From: Candidatus Iainarchaeum sp.
GTDB lineage: Archaea > Iainarchaeota > Iainarchaeia > Iainarchaeales > 0-14-0-20-30-16
Length of the DNA stretch: 32,000 nt
Direction: 5' to 3'
Assembly (NCBI GenBank): GCA_028710695.1
Contig: JAQTTP010000002.1
Coordinates: 90,001-122,000, forward strand
Positions within the stretch are counted from its first letter, which is position 1, and the number at the start of each line of letters is the position of its first letter. This document shows positions 7,171 to 15,896 of this stretch, piece after piece. Below the pieces are notes generated by a model. That model was given only the letters and a program-made list of their open reading frames with translations, did not search any database and was not told the origin of the DNA. Both the position numbers and the translations under genes were made by a program.

Positions 7171-7272
7171 AATTTTATTTAGCAAAACTGAGCCAGACTT
7201 GTAAAATTCTCATGTACAAGGATATATTCCTATCTTTAACCTTTTTTAGATAAGAAAGACTTATATTCTATT

Positions 7273-7938
7273 CTATTCCTCTAAGGCGTTATAATCATAA
7301 AGAAATTTGTTCATTCCATCCAAAATGTCTTGTTCATAAATTGTTTTTTCATTTATTACTATTCCGGGAATATAATTTACGTCATAAAACTCTAAAATAT
7401 TATCCACTGCACTAATTCCTACCTCAGAAGGAATACTAAAAATCCAAACCTTATCGCCATATTTGTCTTTAATATCTTGTATCGCTGTTTCTAAAGGAGC
7501 ACATTCATTACAGTTATAAGGATAAAAATACAAAATATAGTTTTTCACATACTGCGGACAAATAGAATTAAACTTCTTAAGCCTCAACCACAAATCTAAA
7601 TTATTGTACACATATTCTTTTTGTAATTTTTTTACTTCTTCTAAATTATCTTTGTCATCAGCAGCCAGATTAACTTTCTTTCCCAAATCATACAAAAAAT
7701 CTGACAACCCAATTAGCTGGTTCTCCATTAAATCACAAGAATTGGCATCAACCATAGTATCATAAAAATTCATAGTTATTTTTAGATCTGTACTTTTATT
7801 GTAAATATCCAAAATATCATCATTCAAATCTGTTTTTTTCCAATCATAAACAAGATTTGCAAAAAGCAATGCAAAAAACATTACAGCAAAGGTAAATGCC
7901 AGAGCTTTATAAAATATTTTTTTCTTTCCGTTGTCCAT
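7273..7938 (-). CDS. Membrane-anchored thioredoxin-fold protein with a CNEC active-site-like motif
   Basis: N-terminal TM (ALAFTFAVMFFALLFANLV). The C-terminal segment ILYFYPYNCNECAPLE...VWIFSIP...YIPGIVIN fits a Trx fold (CxxC plus a cis-Pro loop). I prefer ATG 7938 over the track's GTG 7947: AAGGTGGAG lies 6 nt upstream and overlaps the GT2 stop as TAATG. Confidence 0.55.
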   Translation of the reverse strand: MDNGKKKIFYKALAFTFAVMFFALLFANLVYDWKKTDLNDDILDIYNKSTDLKITMNFYDTMVDANSCDLMENQLIGLSDFLYDLGKKVNLAADDKDNLEEVKKLQKEYVYNNLDLWLRLKKFNSICPQYVKNYILYFYPYNCNECAPLETAIQDIKDKYGDKVWIFSIPSEVGISAVDNILEFYDVNYIPGIVINEKTIYEQDILDGMNKFLYDYNALEE

Positions 7939-9233
7939 TATCTCCACCTTGTTTTGTATTTAGTAAATTGCAAAAATATTGCGCTTGCCCAGAAGAAAAT
8001 CTGCGCAGGAGTATAGATTATTGGAGTTAATAATAATATAATAATATGTTTGAAAGTAATCTTCTCCTTACTCTCATAAAATCCAACAATATATGCTACA
8101 ATCCACAAGATAAATGCAATTATTATTATAAAAAATAAAGACGAAAGCACATACATCGGATTTACTTCAAAATACTTCTGTATCGCCACGAAAGGATTCG
8201 GGACTATTTTTAGATATATATACCAGTATATTTTTGTTATAAAAGTACTCAAAAAAGAGTAGAAGTTTGTTATTAAATAATAAATTATTACTGCCAACAT
8301 GCTGATTGTAACACTTACTATTGGTATCATAACTATTGAGAAAAATCCAAACTGTGGATCAAAAGCCATTTTTCTGTATTTTGCAAAGTTTATCAACGAG
8401 CCTCTGTTCCATCTTATTCTCTGCCAAAACAGTTTCTTCCAAGTTGGCATCACTTTTGTGGAAACTCTTGCAGATTTTGAACTAAAGATTTTATATCCCG
8501 CTTGTCTAATTCTAAAAGTAATCTCCATGTCTTCTGTAGGAGTTATGTCTTGGCTGTAGAACCCGCCAATCTTTTTCAACAAATTTTTTCTATATAGACT
8601 CAACGGCCCTTTAGTAACATATATTGATTCTAAGCCACCATAAGCAGTCAATAAAAAGTTAGAAAATATGTATTCAATATGTTGAAACCATTCCACAAGC
8701 TTTTGTGGATTTTTTACAACCATCTTTGTTGTTACTGCGCCAACTGTTTTATCATCAAAATAACCAGTTATATACTTCAGTGAATTTTTTTCAGGGAATG
8801 CATCGGCATCAACACAGCCGACTAGTTCATATTTTGCAATTTGAGTTGCCTCATTTAGACTTTCTGATTTTCCTCTTTGCCCTTTTTTCTTTACAACTCT
8901 TATGAAATTATATCTTTTTGCGAAGTTTGTTGCTAAAGAATAACTCTTATCTGTAGAGTTGTCATCTACTACAATAACTTCAAAATCACCTTTGTGATTA
9001 TTTTTCATTTCTACCAAAGATTTTAAAGTGTCCACAATTGTATTTTCTTCATTCCAAATTGGTACAACTATAGATACGCCATAATTCTTCTTAGACAGGG
9101 GGTCTTTTTTTGTTCTAAATTCAAAATATGCAAAGATATAGAGGATTACAAAGAAGAGCAAAATTCCAATGGAAAAAAGCAAAATATAATCCACGTACAT
9201 TGTAAAATCACTTATGACTATTAAAATAATCAA
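7938..9233 (-). CDS. Processive family-2 glycosyltransferase (PgaC/IcaA/NodC/cellulose-synthase-like membrane synthase)
   Basis: Motifs VVDDNSTD, VDADAF (DxD), PTEDME (TED) and QRIRWNRG (QxxRW). One N-terminal TM and about 4-5 C-terminal TMs. An alternative start at ATG 9200 (MYVDYILLF...) would remove the 26-nt overlap. Confidence 0.85.
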   Translation of the reverse strand: MIILIVISDFTMYVDYILLFSIGILLFFVILYIFAYFEFRTKKDPLSKKNYGVSIVVPIWNEENTIVDTLKSLVEMKNNHKGDFEVIVVDDNSTDKSYSLATNFAKRYNFIRVVKKKGQRGKSESLNEATQIAKYELVGCVDADAFPEKNSLKYITGYFDDKTVGAVTTKMVVKNPQKLVEWFQHIEYIFSNFLLTAYGGLESIYVTKGPLSLYRKNLLKKIGGFYSQDITPTEDMEITFRIRQAGYKIFSSKSARVSTKVMPTWKKLFWQRIRWNRGSLINFAKYRKMAFDPQFGFFSIVMIPIVSVTISMLAVIIYYLITNFYSFLSTFITKIYWYIYLKIVPNPFVAIQKYFEVNPMYVLSSLFFIIIIAFILWIVAYIVGFYESKEKITFKHIIILLLTPIIYTPAQIFFWASAIFLQFTKYKTRWR

Positions 9234-10881
9234 GATACTTATTAAAAAGGAGGTATTTCTCCGAACTATAATTCACATCTGCCCCGTTGTCAAAAACAAC
9301 ATAAGGACTCGAAATAGAGGAAACCACTGCAAAATTATTATTTTTATCAATATAGCTTACTAACCCGGTTGATGTAGAACCAATAGAGAATATGATATCA
9401 TTGTTTTTTTCAAAATTATATCCTTGGGCCACATAAGACAATAACAGATCTTTAAAGTTCAAATGTGATAACAAATCATAATTTTCTTCTTGTTCTAAAT
9501 CGCTTGCAACAAAAATCAGAGGAACATTATAAGAAGAATGATTTTTTTCATTAAAATATCCTTTTTCTCCATGATCTGAAACTATTACAATTAAAGTTTC
9601 ATCAGACTTTCCAATTTCTTTGAGATAATTATAGAAATCATCAAAATAATAATTATAGTATTCTGTTCTACTTTGGTCTTTTAATGCAATATATTTCAAG
9701 GTATGGCCATAAATTAATTCTTGGTAAACAAATTGCTTTTCATTATTATTTGCAAGTTCTTTTAATTGGCCAAATACTGCACGATCTTCGCAAGCTTTTT
9801 CGAACTCTATCAAATGCATACAGATAAGATCTTCATCTGCACCATAATCCTCTTCTTTAAGAGTGATTATGTTTTTAAAATTATATTTAGTTATTTCGAA
9901 TGGCGCACCAACATCGGAAATCAAAAAAGTTGTGTTGTAGTTGTTATCATTGAAATAATCCACAAGATTCTGTTTTTTTATTACTTTTTCAGCATACAAA
10001 GAATACCAATCACTATAAGAATATGATTCATATGGGATCAAAGTAGAAGATAGCATTGTTAACATCGCAGTTCTACTATCCTGGTTGTTTGTATAATAAT
10101 TTTTATAAACTATTGAATTCTCTTTATTTTTTTCAAAAAAGTTTTTCTCCACTGGCACTTTTTTAATATCTTTATAGAACATATAATTAGGTATTTCTTC
10201 CATTACAAAAACAAATATCTTTTTGTATTTCATTTGGGGATCAAAGTTAAAATTAAGATCTTGTGAAAAACTTTTGTCAAATAAATTGAAATCATAATTA
10301 ATATCAATATTCAAGTCCACAAGTTCTTTTCTATCTTCAAAAAGATATCTTATTGTATCAACATAAGGGTTTGCAAAATAATTTCCGAATATGACAGGAT
10401 AAACTATTACGAGCCCAAGAACAACAAAAAAACATATTTTTATTGCTTTCCTTGAAATTATTAATTTGTCCAGCTTTATCAAATAAGCAACTACAAAAAT
10501 CGCCACAAAGATCAGCAAACACAATAAGATTAGTTTATAATTAATTATCTGCTTTGCTACAAAAATCGCAGTATCTAATTTCACAGAAAAAAATGAATAT
10601 GCTTTATTTGATAAATCATTTGCAAAATAAGCATACATGAAACACTGAAGAGTATTATAAAAATACAAAATGTAGAATATTGGCGAGGTCAGTTTTCTAG
10701 AAATCTTTAATGATGCAAACAAAAATAAAAAGAAAATAAAGGCATATACCAACACGTCAAAAACATAAGAAGAAATTATCAAAGAAACATTGCTTGTAGA
10801 AAATATTTTTACGAACAGCAAACAAACTAAAGTCAGAATAATGAGTTTAAGTTTATAGTTATAGAAGTTTAATTTACTCAT
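9208..10881 (-). CDS. Polytopic membrane protein with an extracytoplasmic sulfatase/alkaline-phosphatase-fold domain (LtaS/EptA/BcsG/OpgB-like), paralogue B
   Basis: About 5-6 N-terminal TMs, then IFVFVMEEIP, YYTNNQDSRTAMLTMLSS and LIVIVSDHGEKG (E, Ser/Thr and DH ligand pattern of the family). A TATA-like gatatatataac sits in the 50-nt gap upstream. Confidence 0.7.
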   Translation of the reverse strand: MSKLNFYNYKLKLIILTLVCLLFVKIFSTSNVSLIISSYVFDVLVYAFIFFLFLFASLKISRKLTSPIFYILYFYNTLQCFMYAYFANDLSNKAYSFFSVKLDTAIFVAKQIINYKLILLCLLIFVAIFVVAYLIKLDKLIISRKAIKICFFVVLGLVIVYPVIFGNYFANPYVDTIRYLFEDRKELVDLNIDINYDFNLFDKSFSQDLNFNFDPQMKYKKIFVFVMEEIPNYMFYKDIKKVPVEKNFFEKNKENSIVYKNYYTNNQDSRTAMLTMLSSTLIPYESYSYSDWYSLYAEKVIKKQNLVDYFNDNNYNTTFLISDVGAPFEITKYNFKNIITLKEEDYGADEDLICMHLIEFEKACEDRAVFGQLKELANNNEKQFVYQELIYGHTLKYIALKDQSRTEYYNYYFDDFYNYLKEIGKSDETLIVIVSDHGEKGYFNEKNHSSYNVPLIFVASDLEQEENYDLLSHLNFKDLLLSYVAQGYNFEKNNDIIFSIGSTSTGLVSYIDKNNNFAVVSSISSPYVVFDNGADVNYSSEKYLLFNKYLDYFNSHK

Positions 10882-10931
10882 AATTTATAATTAAAATACA
10901 AAAGTTATATATATCTATCAAGAAATCAGAA

Positions 10932-12608
10932 TTACTTATCGTTAAATTCTGTTTTACTTGTTTGGTAGCAAACCAACTGTTCTTGGAGATAATTATTATC
11001 TTTTGTTGTAGAACTTAAAATATTATACTCCCCAACATCTTTTTCTTCAAAAATGCCATTCTCAAAAGCAGTTTTGAACCCAAATGTTTTGCTTGCAGTA
11101 GGCCCAACAAAAAACAATTGTTCTTCAGGATAGTAGTCTAGCCCATATAGGTAGCTAAACAAAACAGTCTTGAAATCCAAATGCGATAATAAATTGTTGT
11201 CTTCGCGATAGGTTAAATCATTTGCAACAAAAATCAATGGAATATTATATCCTGCAGTTTTGGAATAATCTACTTTTTCTCTAAGTCCGTGGTCAGAAAC
11301 TATTGCAATAAGCAAATCTTTATCCAGGCCCTCTGCTTTTATTTTTTTGTAAAACTCTGCAAGATATTTTGAATAATATTCTGTTTTTGACAGCCCGCTT
11401 TCTTTAATATACAAATTACTGTGCCCGTAAATAAATTCTTGCATAATAAAGACTTTTTCTTTTTTCAAATCTTCCAAAAGCCTATCTAATAACACGATAT
11501 CCTCACATCCAATATCATATGGATATGGATTAAAACACATGAATTCTTTTGTCAGGGAATCATAGTTCTCTTTTATATCATTTATTTTTGACCATTTGTA
11601 CTTAGCAAGCTCACAAGGGGCCGCAGTATTAGAGACATAAAAACTAGTATAATAGTTTTCGTCATTAAAATGATCCACCAAATTATACTCTTCCATCATT
11701 GGATGGCCACACAAACTATACTCTTCAGAATAAGTATATGCTTCCGTTGGAATAAATTGAGATGATAATATAGTTACCATTGAAGGAACACTATCTTGGT
11801 TGTTTGTATAATAATTAAAATAATAATTTGAATTACCTTTTGTTATTCCAAAAAAATTCTGATCTTCTGAGACTTTAGAGATATCTTTGTAGAATTCGCC
11901 ATAAACCAGACTTTCCATGACAAAAACCACAATTTTTTTGTATTTGGACTCTTGTATAAGAGCAGGATAATTGTTTTGTTTTAAAAAAGATAGATTTGTA
12001 TCACAATTAAAATCTGTCAAGGTAATTGTTTCTTTTGTTTCGGCCAGGGCATATATTGTATTCACATAAAAATTATCAACATTAGAGACAAATATTATTG
12101 GGGTGCCGACTAATAAAAGTAAGGCCAAGAAAAGCAGAGGCAATACTGCTTTTTTTGGAAGATGAATTTTTATAAAATTAGATAACAAATAAGAAATTAC
12201 AACAGCAAGTACAAGACAAATTATAAAAAAGATCAGATAATGCCAGGGGAATAAAAATGTAAATGAAAACGAAGCATTTCCAGAATCAATTGACAAAAAA
12301 GACAACCCACGCCCAAACATATCATCCATAAAATACGAGGTAAGATATGCAGTAACTGTATGGAACAGATACAAAAAAATAAATACAATTTTACTAAGAA
12401 TAGTTGAAAGCTTATCAATCCCAATATAAATAAAGAAAAGAAGGGCATATATTCCAGAATCAAAAAGCCAAGTTGCCAAAATGTACATTGGCCTTGAACT
12501 ACAAGTTAGTTTCACAGCAAGCAAGCAAATTATTGAAATAAGAATCACAAAGAAAAATACTTTCTTCCAACTCCATTTCAAAAAAAATGACATAAAATCA
12601 CACCACAC
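10932..12608 (-). CDS. Polytopic membrane protein with an extracytoplasmic sulfatase/alkaline-phosphatase-fold domain (LtaS/EptA/BcsG/OpgB-like), paralogue A
   Basis: Collinear with 9208-10881: IVVFVMESLV, YYTNNQDSVPSMVTILSS, LIAIVSDHGLRE, NIPLIFVANDL, LLSHLDFK. The start may be the internal ATG at 12593 (MSFFLKW...). Confidence 0.7.
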   Translation of the reverse strand: MWCDFMSFFLKWSWKKVFFFVILISIICLLAVKLTCSSRPMYILATWLFDSGIYALLFFIYIGIDKLSTILSKIVFIFLYLFHTVTAYLTSYFMDDMFGRGLSFLSIDSGNASFSFTFLFPWHYLIFFIICLVLAVVISYLLSNFIKIHLPKKAVLPLLFLALLLLVGTPIIFVSNVDNFYVNTIYALAETKETITLTDFNCDTNLSFLKQNNYPALIQESKYKKIVVFVMESLVYGEFYKDISKVSEDQNFFGITKGNSNYYFNYYTNNQDSVPSMVTILSSQFIPTEAYTYSEEYSLCGHPMMEEYNLVDHFNDENYYTSFYVSNTAAPCELAKYKWSKINDIKENYDSLTKEFMCFNPYPYDIGCEDIVLLDRLLEDLKKEKVFIMQEFIYGHSNLYIKESGLSKTEYYSKYLAEFYKKIKAEGLDKDLLIAIVSDHGLREKVDYSKTAGYNIPLIFVANDLTYREDNNLLSHLDFKTVLFSYLYGLDYYPEEQLFFVGPTASKTFGFKTAFENGIFEEKDVGEYNILSSTTKDNNYLQEQLVCYQTSKTEFNDK

Positions 12609-12677
12609 ATTTTATGTTCCTGTTTGATATTTTTGCAATTTTTTCTGAGCATAAATTCAAACTTGACATAAGACCAC

Positions 12678-13562
12678 TCAAACTAGTAAAAATATAATAT
12701 ATGCTAAGGGACAAATAATTATAAAATAGATTATAAATTTCTTCCAACTACCATCAATTAAAGCAACAAAAACACTTGTAATTAAAGATAGCACACCAAT
12801 GTAAACATATATTGCTAATTTTGCAGTTTCCAATAGCACCGCATCAAAAGAAAATACATCTATTGTTGTATCAAAAGAGAAATTGGATACTATGTTCAAC
12901 ACCCATTTCAGCACAAGAGGCACAATTACTGCCGACGATATTAGCAAGGTGTATTTCTGTATTGTAAGCCCAACTTGCTTTTCTTTCTCAACAATTTCAG
13001 TTTCGATCAGATTTTTTGACAATTTTGTAAATAGTTCCGAGACCTCAATTCCCGATTCATAAGATATTTTCAAGTAATTTATTATCTGCCTTAACTTTAC
13101 ATTTTTATTTCTCTTAACAATGTTATCTAAAGCATCTTGAACTGCCGTTCCTTTTGTTATCTGAGAATGGCAGATTTTGAATTCATAAGACAAAACATTA
13201 TTTGAAATTGAATTATCCGAAAAATATTTTATTATTTCTATGATATCTGTTCCTTTTGGAAACAAAGAGGCTTGTATTAAAAGATCTGAAAGCCCAAGAG
13301 TTATTTTTTTCTGTTTATAATCTTCAAGATAGATGAAAAACAAATAAAAGAACAAAAAAGAAAATAAGGCCACAAAAATTATAAGACAAAGTAAAAGAAG
13401 TAAAGAAATTGTGCCAATAATATAAAAAAACAACAAAACACTAAATAAAAAAACAAATAATGTAAAGGAGTATTTTATATAGTCCGAGAGATCCAGAGAA
13501 TTTTTGCTTAGAATAAATTCAAAATCAGATTTTAGCTTTGAAAAATTGAAGTTTATTTGCAT
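12678..13562 (-). CDS. TFF platform protein with a single T2SSF-like domain (TadC-like)
   Basis: N-terminal TM pair, a ~130-aa soluble helical domain (LSDLLIQASLFPKGTD...ITKGTAVQDALDNIV...YESGIEVSELFTKLSKNL), then C-terminal TMs. SD AAGGAGGG lies 7 nt upstream. The start overlaps the upstream stop as TAATG. Confidence 0.6.
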   Translation of the reverse strand: MQINFNFSKLKSDFEFILSKNSLDLSDYIKYSFTLFVFLFSVLLFFYIIGTISLLLLLCLIIFVALFSFLFFYLFFIYLEDYKQKKITLGLSDLLIQASLFPKGTDIIEIIKYFSDNSISNNVLSYEFKICHSQITKGTAVQDALDNIVKRNKNVKLRQIINYLKISYESGIEVSELFTKLSKNLIETEIVEKEKQVGLTIQKYTLLISSAVIVPLVLKWVLNIVSNFSFDTTIDVFSFDAVLLETAKLAIYVYIGVLSLITSVFVALIDGSWKKFIIYFIIICPLAYIIFLLV

Positions 13563-14335
13563 TATCTGCCCTCCTTAAGATGATAAGGCATTTGATAAAC
13601 TACAAAAGAGATATAGACAATATCAATTAAAGGAAATACAGCAAAGAATAGGATCATTAGCTGAGTCGGAGTAATATTAACTTGAATTATAGTAGATCCC
13701 ACTGTAACAAACATTAGATATAAAGAAGGAAGAATTGCTGTGGCTGCAATAAAAAACAAGGAATACATTACTAATTTACTTGAATACCCTTTTGCTTCAA
13801 GTTTTTGTTTATTTAGTAATTCTTGCGCCAAAGTAGTCAAAATATTATCTTTATACCCAGATTCATAAAGCACCATTATTTGTGATAAAGACCTTTTTAG
13901 AGGGACTGAATTTATTCGTTCAGCAATTTTAAAGAAAGAATCTTGCAAATTACTGCCTTTTAAATAATTAAACAACAACTTTTCAAAAACAATATTTATT
14001 GTTTTGTATTTTCGTGAATTTACTTTTATTGAATCCAGAAAATCAGAGTTCAAAAATAAACTTATATCCAAATCCATTAAAAAATAAGGCAAATCTTTTT
14101 CTAGGTTCCCAATAAAATGTTTTTTCAGCAAGTAAGGCAGCACTAAGCAAAAGGCATAGATACATAAACTAAAGAACGCAGAATAAACAAGAGCATACAC
14201 TGAAAAAAAAGGAAATAAAAACGCAAGGAACACAAAATATCCAATTATTAATGATTTAAACATCAACTTTCTATATTCTTTTTCGCCCTTGTTAAAAAAC
14301 AAACTTACATAAAACAATTCTTTCATTTCATTCAC
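13562..14335 (-). CDS. TFF platform protein with a single T2SSF-like domain (TadB-like)
   Basis: TM pair, then LPYFLMDLDISL...LKGSNLQDSFFKIAERI...LYESGYKD...LAQELL, then C-terminal TMs. Start is GTG 14335 or ATG 14326, abutting the ATPase stop. Confidence 0.6.
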   Translation of the reverse strand: MNEMKELFYVSLFFNKGEKEYRKLMFKSLIIGYFVFLAFLFPFFSVYALVYSAFFSLCIYAFCLVLPYLLKKHFIGNLEKDLPYFLMDLDISLFLNSDFLDSIKVNSRKYKTINIVFEKLLFNYLKGSNLQDSFFKIAERINSVPLKRSLSQIMVLYESGYKDNILTTLAQELLNKQKLEAKGYSSKLVMYSLFFIAATAILPSLYLMFVTVGSTIIQVNITPTQLMILFFAVFPLIDIVYISFVVYQMPYHLKEGR

Positions 14336-15896
14336 TTAAAATATATGAATTAAACATTTTACTAAACTCGTCTATCTTTAGTTCTTTATCAGCAAGTAAA
14401 AACTCAAGATAATCCCTTAATTCTTTTGCTAGCACAGAATATTTCTTTCCAAACACAAGTTCTATTTTTTCTTTAACTTTTTTGCTTTCATTTACTTGCT
14501 CAAATTCATTTTTCAAAGCATTATATTTAAACAAGATATTTACTTTTGAATTTTCAACTTCTGCAATTTCAAACAACTTTCTTCGTTCTATTTTCTTCCC
14601 GTCTTTTATAGAGGTCCACCTTTTTTGTAGAATAATTAAATCCAATGCATTCAAATCCTGCTCAGTTAGCCCCAAATTCTTAAGCCTAGATATCGTTTCG
14701 TTCACGCTAAGCCCATGAAATGTGGCATAGCTTCCCTTTCCCTGGCCCGCAAGAATAGTATCTAAATAGGCATCAACTTCTTCTTTAGTCCTTATTTCCC
14801 CAACAATCACTCTATCGGGCCGCATTCTTAAAGTTGTTTTTATTAAATCTGTCATATTTATTTTCTGTTCCGCATTAACTTTCAAGCAAACTCTATGGTT
14901 ATGGGGGATGTTTATTTCAGGGGTTTCTTCAGTAATAATTATTCGCTCATCTAAAGGAACAAAAGAAAATAATGAGTTCAGAAGGGTGGTTTTTCCACTC
15001 CCTGTATTTCCTGCAATAAGAACATTAATTTCTGACTGCATGGCCAAGGCAAGAAAAATTGCGAGGTCTAAAGAAATCGTGTTATTTTTTATAAGATCCA
15101 AGGGAGTCAGAGGGTTAAATCTAAATTTTCTTATGGTAATTGAAATTCCAGAATTAACAACCGGCTTAATAATTGCATTAAGCCTTGATCCATCTTTTAA
15201 ACTTGCATTTAAAATTGGGCTAGACAAAGTAATCCTTCTACCAATGTTTCTAGACATTTTATTAACTAGCTCTCGCAAATAGTTTTCATTAGTGAAATAT
15301 AAATTTGAGTCATGCCAGCCTTTGTTGATTACATATACACAGATTTTTTTGTCTTTGCCATAACCATTTATTGCTATTTCCTCAATATCTTTACTATCTA
15401 ATAAATAAGACAAGGGCCCAAAAGAAAATAATTCTTTTCTTATTATTTCCAACAAATATTTTTGCTGGTCATTTTCAAGAATTATATTCTTTAAATTACA
15501 AAACTCCACAAATTGTGTTTCCAACTCTGCTTCTAAGTTCTCCGAAGGGATATCTTCTATACTTTTCAAAAACACAGACATAAGATATTTTTCTGCATCT
15601 GATAGCTTTTTTATTTTTAGAATACAGGATCCGTCAAGATAAAAATTATCAAACTCAGCAGTATCTTTAGATCCCGCCTTTTCAAGTTCCCAGCCCAAAT
15701 CTACTGCAGAATATTCTAAAAGTTCTTTTTCTTCTTGTATTTCAGGGAACTTAAAAGAATTATATTTTTGTAAAACTTTTCGCTTTAAGTTTTTGAAAAT
15801 TAGTTTTGTTTTCTTTATCTTACTTTTTTTTGCCTTTATAATTTCCATTAAAAATAAAAAAGGAAAAAGAGAATCACTTACTTTGTGATAACTCAT
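14328..15896 (-). CDS. Type II/IV secretion-family ATPase (FlaI/TadA/CpaF-like, T2SSE domain)
   Basis: Walker A GNTGSGKTTLLNS, Asp/Glu box IIITEETPEI, Walker B-like RMRPDRVIVGEIR, His box SYATFHG. An alternative start lies at ATG 15848. Confidence 0.9.
   Translation of the reverse strand: MSYHKVSDSLFPFLFLMEIIKAKKSKIKKTKLIFKNLKRKVLQKYNSFKFPEIQEEKELLEYSAVDLGWELEKAGSKDTAEFDNFYLDGSCILKIKKLSDAEKYLMSVFLKSIEDIPSENLEAELETQFVEFCNLKNIILENDQQKYLLEIIRKELFSFGPLSYLLDSKDIEEIAINGYGKDKKICVYVINKGWHDSNLYFTNENYLRELVNKMSRNIGRRITLSSPILNASLKDGSRLNAIIKPVVNSGISITIRKFRFNPLTPLDLIKNNTISLDLAIFLALAMQSEINVLIAGNTGSGKTTLLNSLFSFVPLDERIIITEETPEINIPHNHRVCLKVNAEQKINMTDLIKTTLRMRPDRVIVGEIRTKEEVDAYLDTILAGQGKGSYATFHGLSVNETISRLKNLGLTEQDLNALDLIILQKRWTSIKDGKKIERRKLFEIAEVENSKVNILFKYNALKNEFEQVNESKKVKEKIELVFGKKYSVLAKELRDYLEFLLADKELKIDEFSKMFNSYILSE

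Noticed and set aside
8299-10026. Plus-strand ORFs 8299-8559, 8705-8905 and 9766-10026
   Set aside because: They are antisense to the GT2 and LtaS-like genes, short and motif-free.
12233-12463. A 76-aa minus-strand ORF nested in the LtaS-like paralogue A
   Set aside because: It is an alternative frame within the TM region of a well-supported 558-aa gene, with no independent signals.
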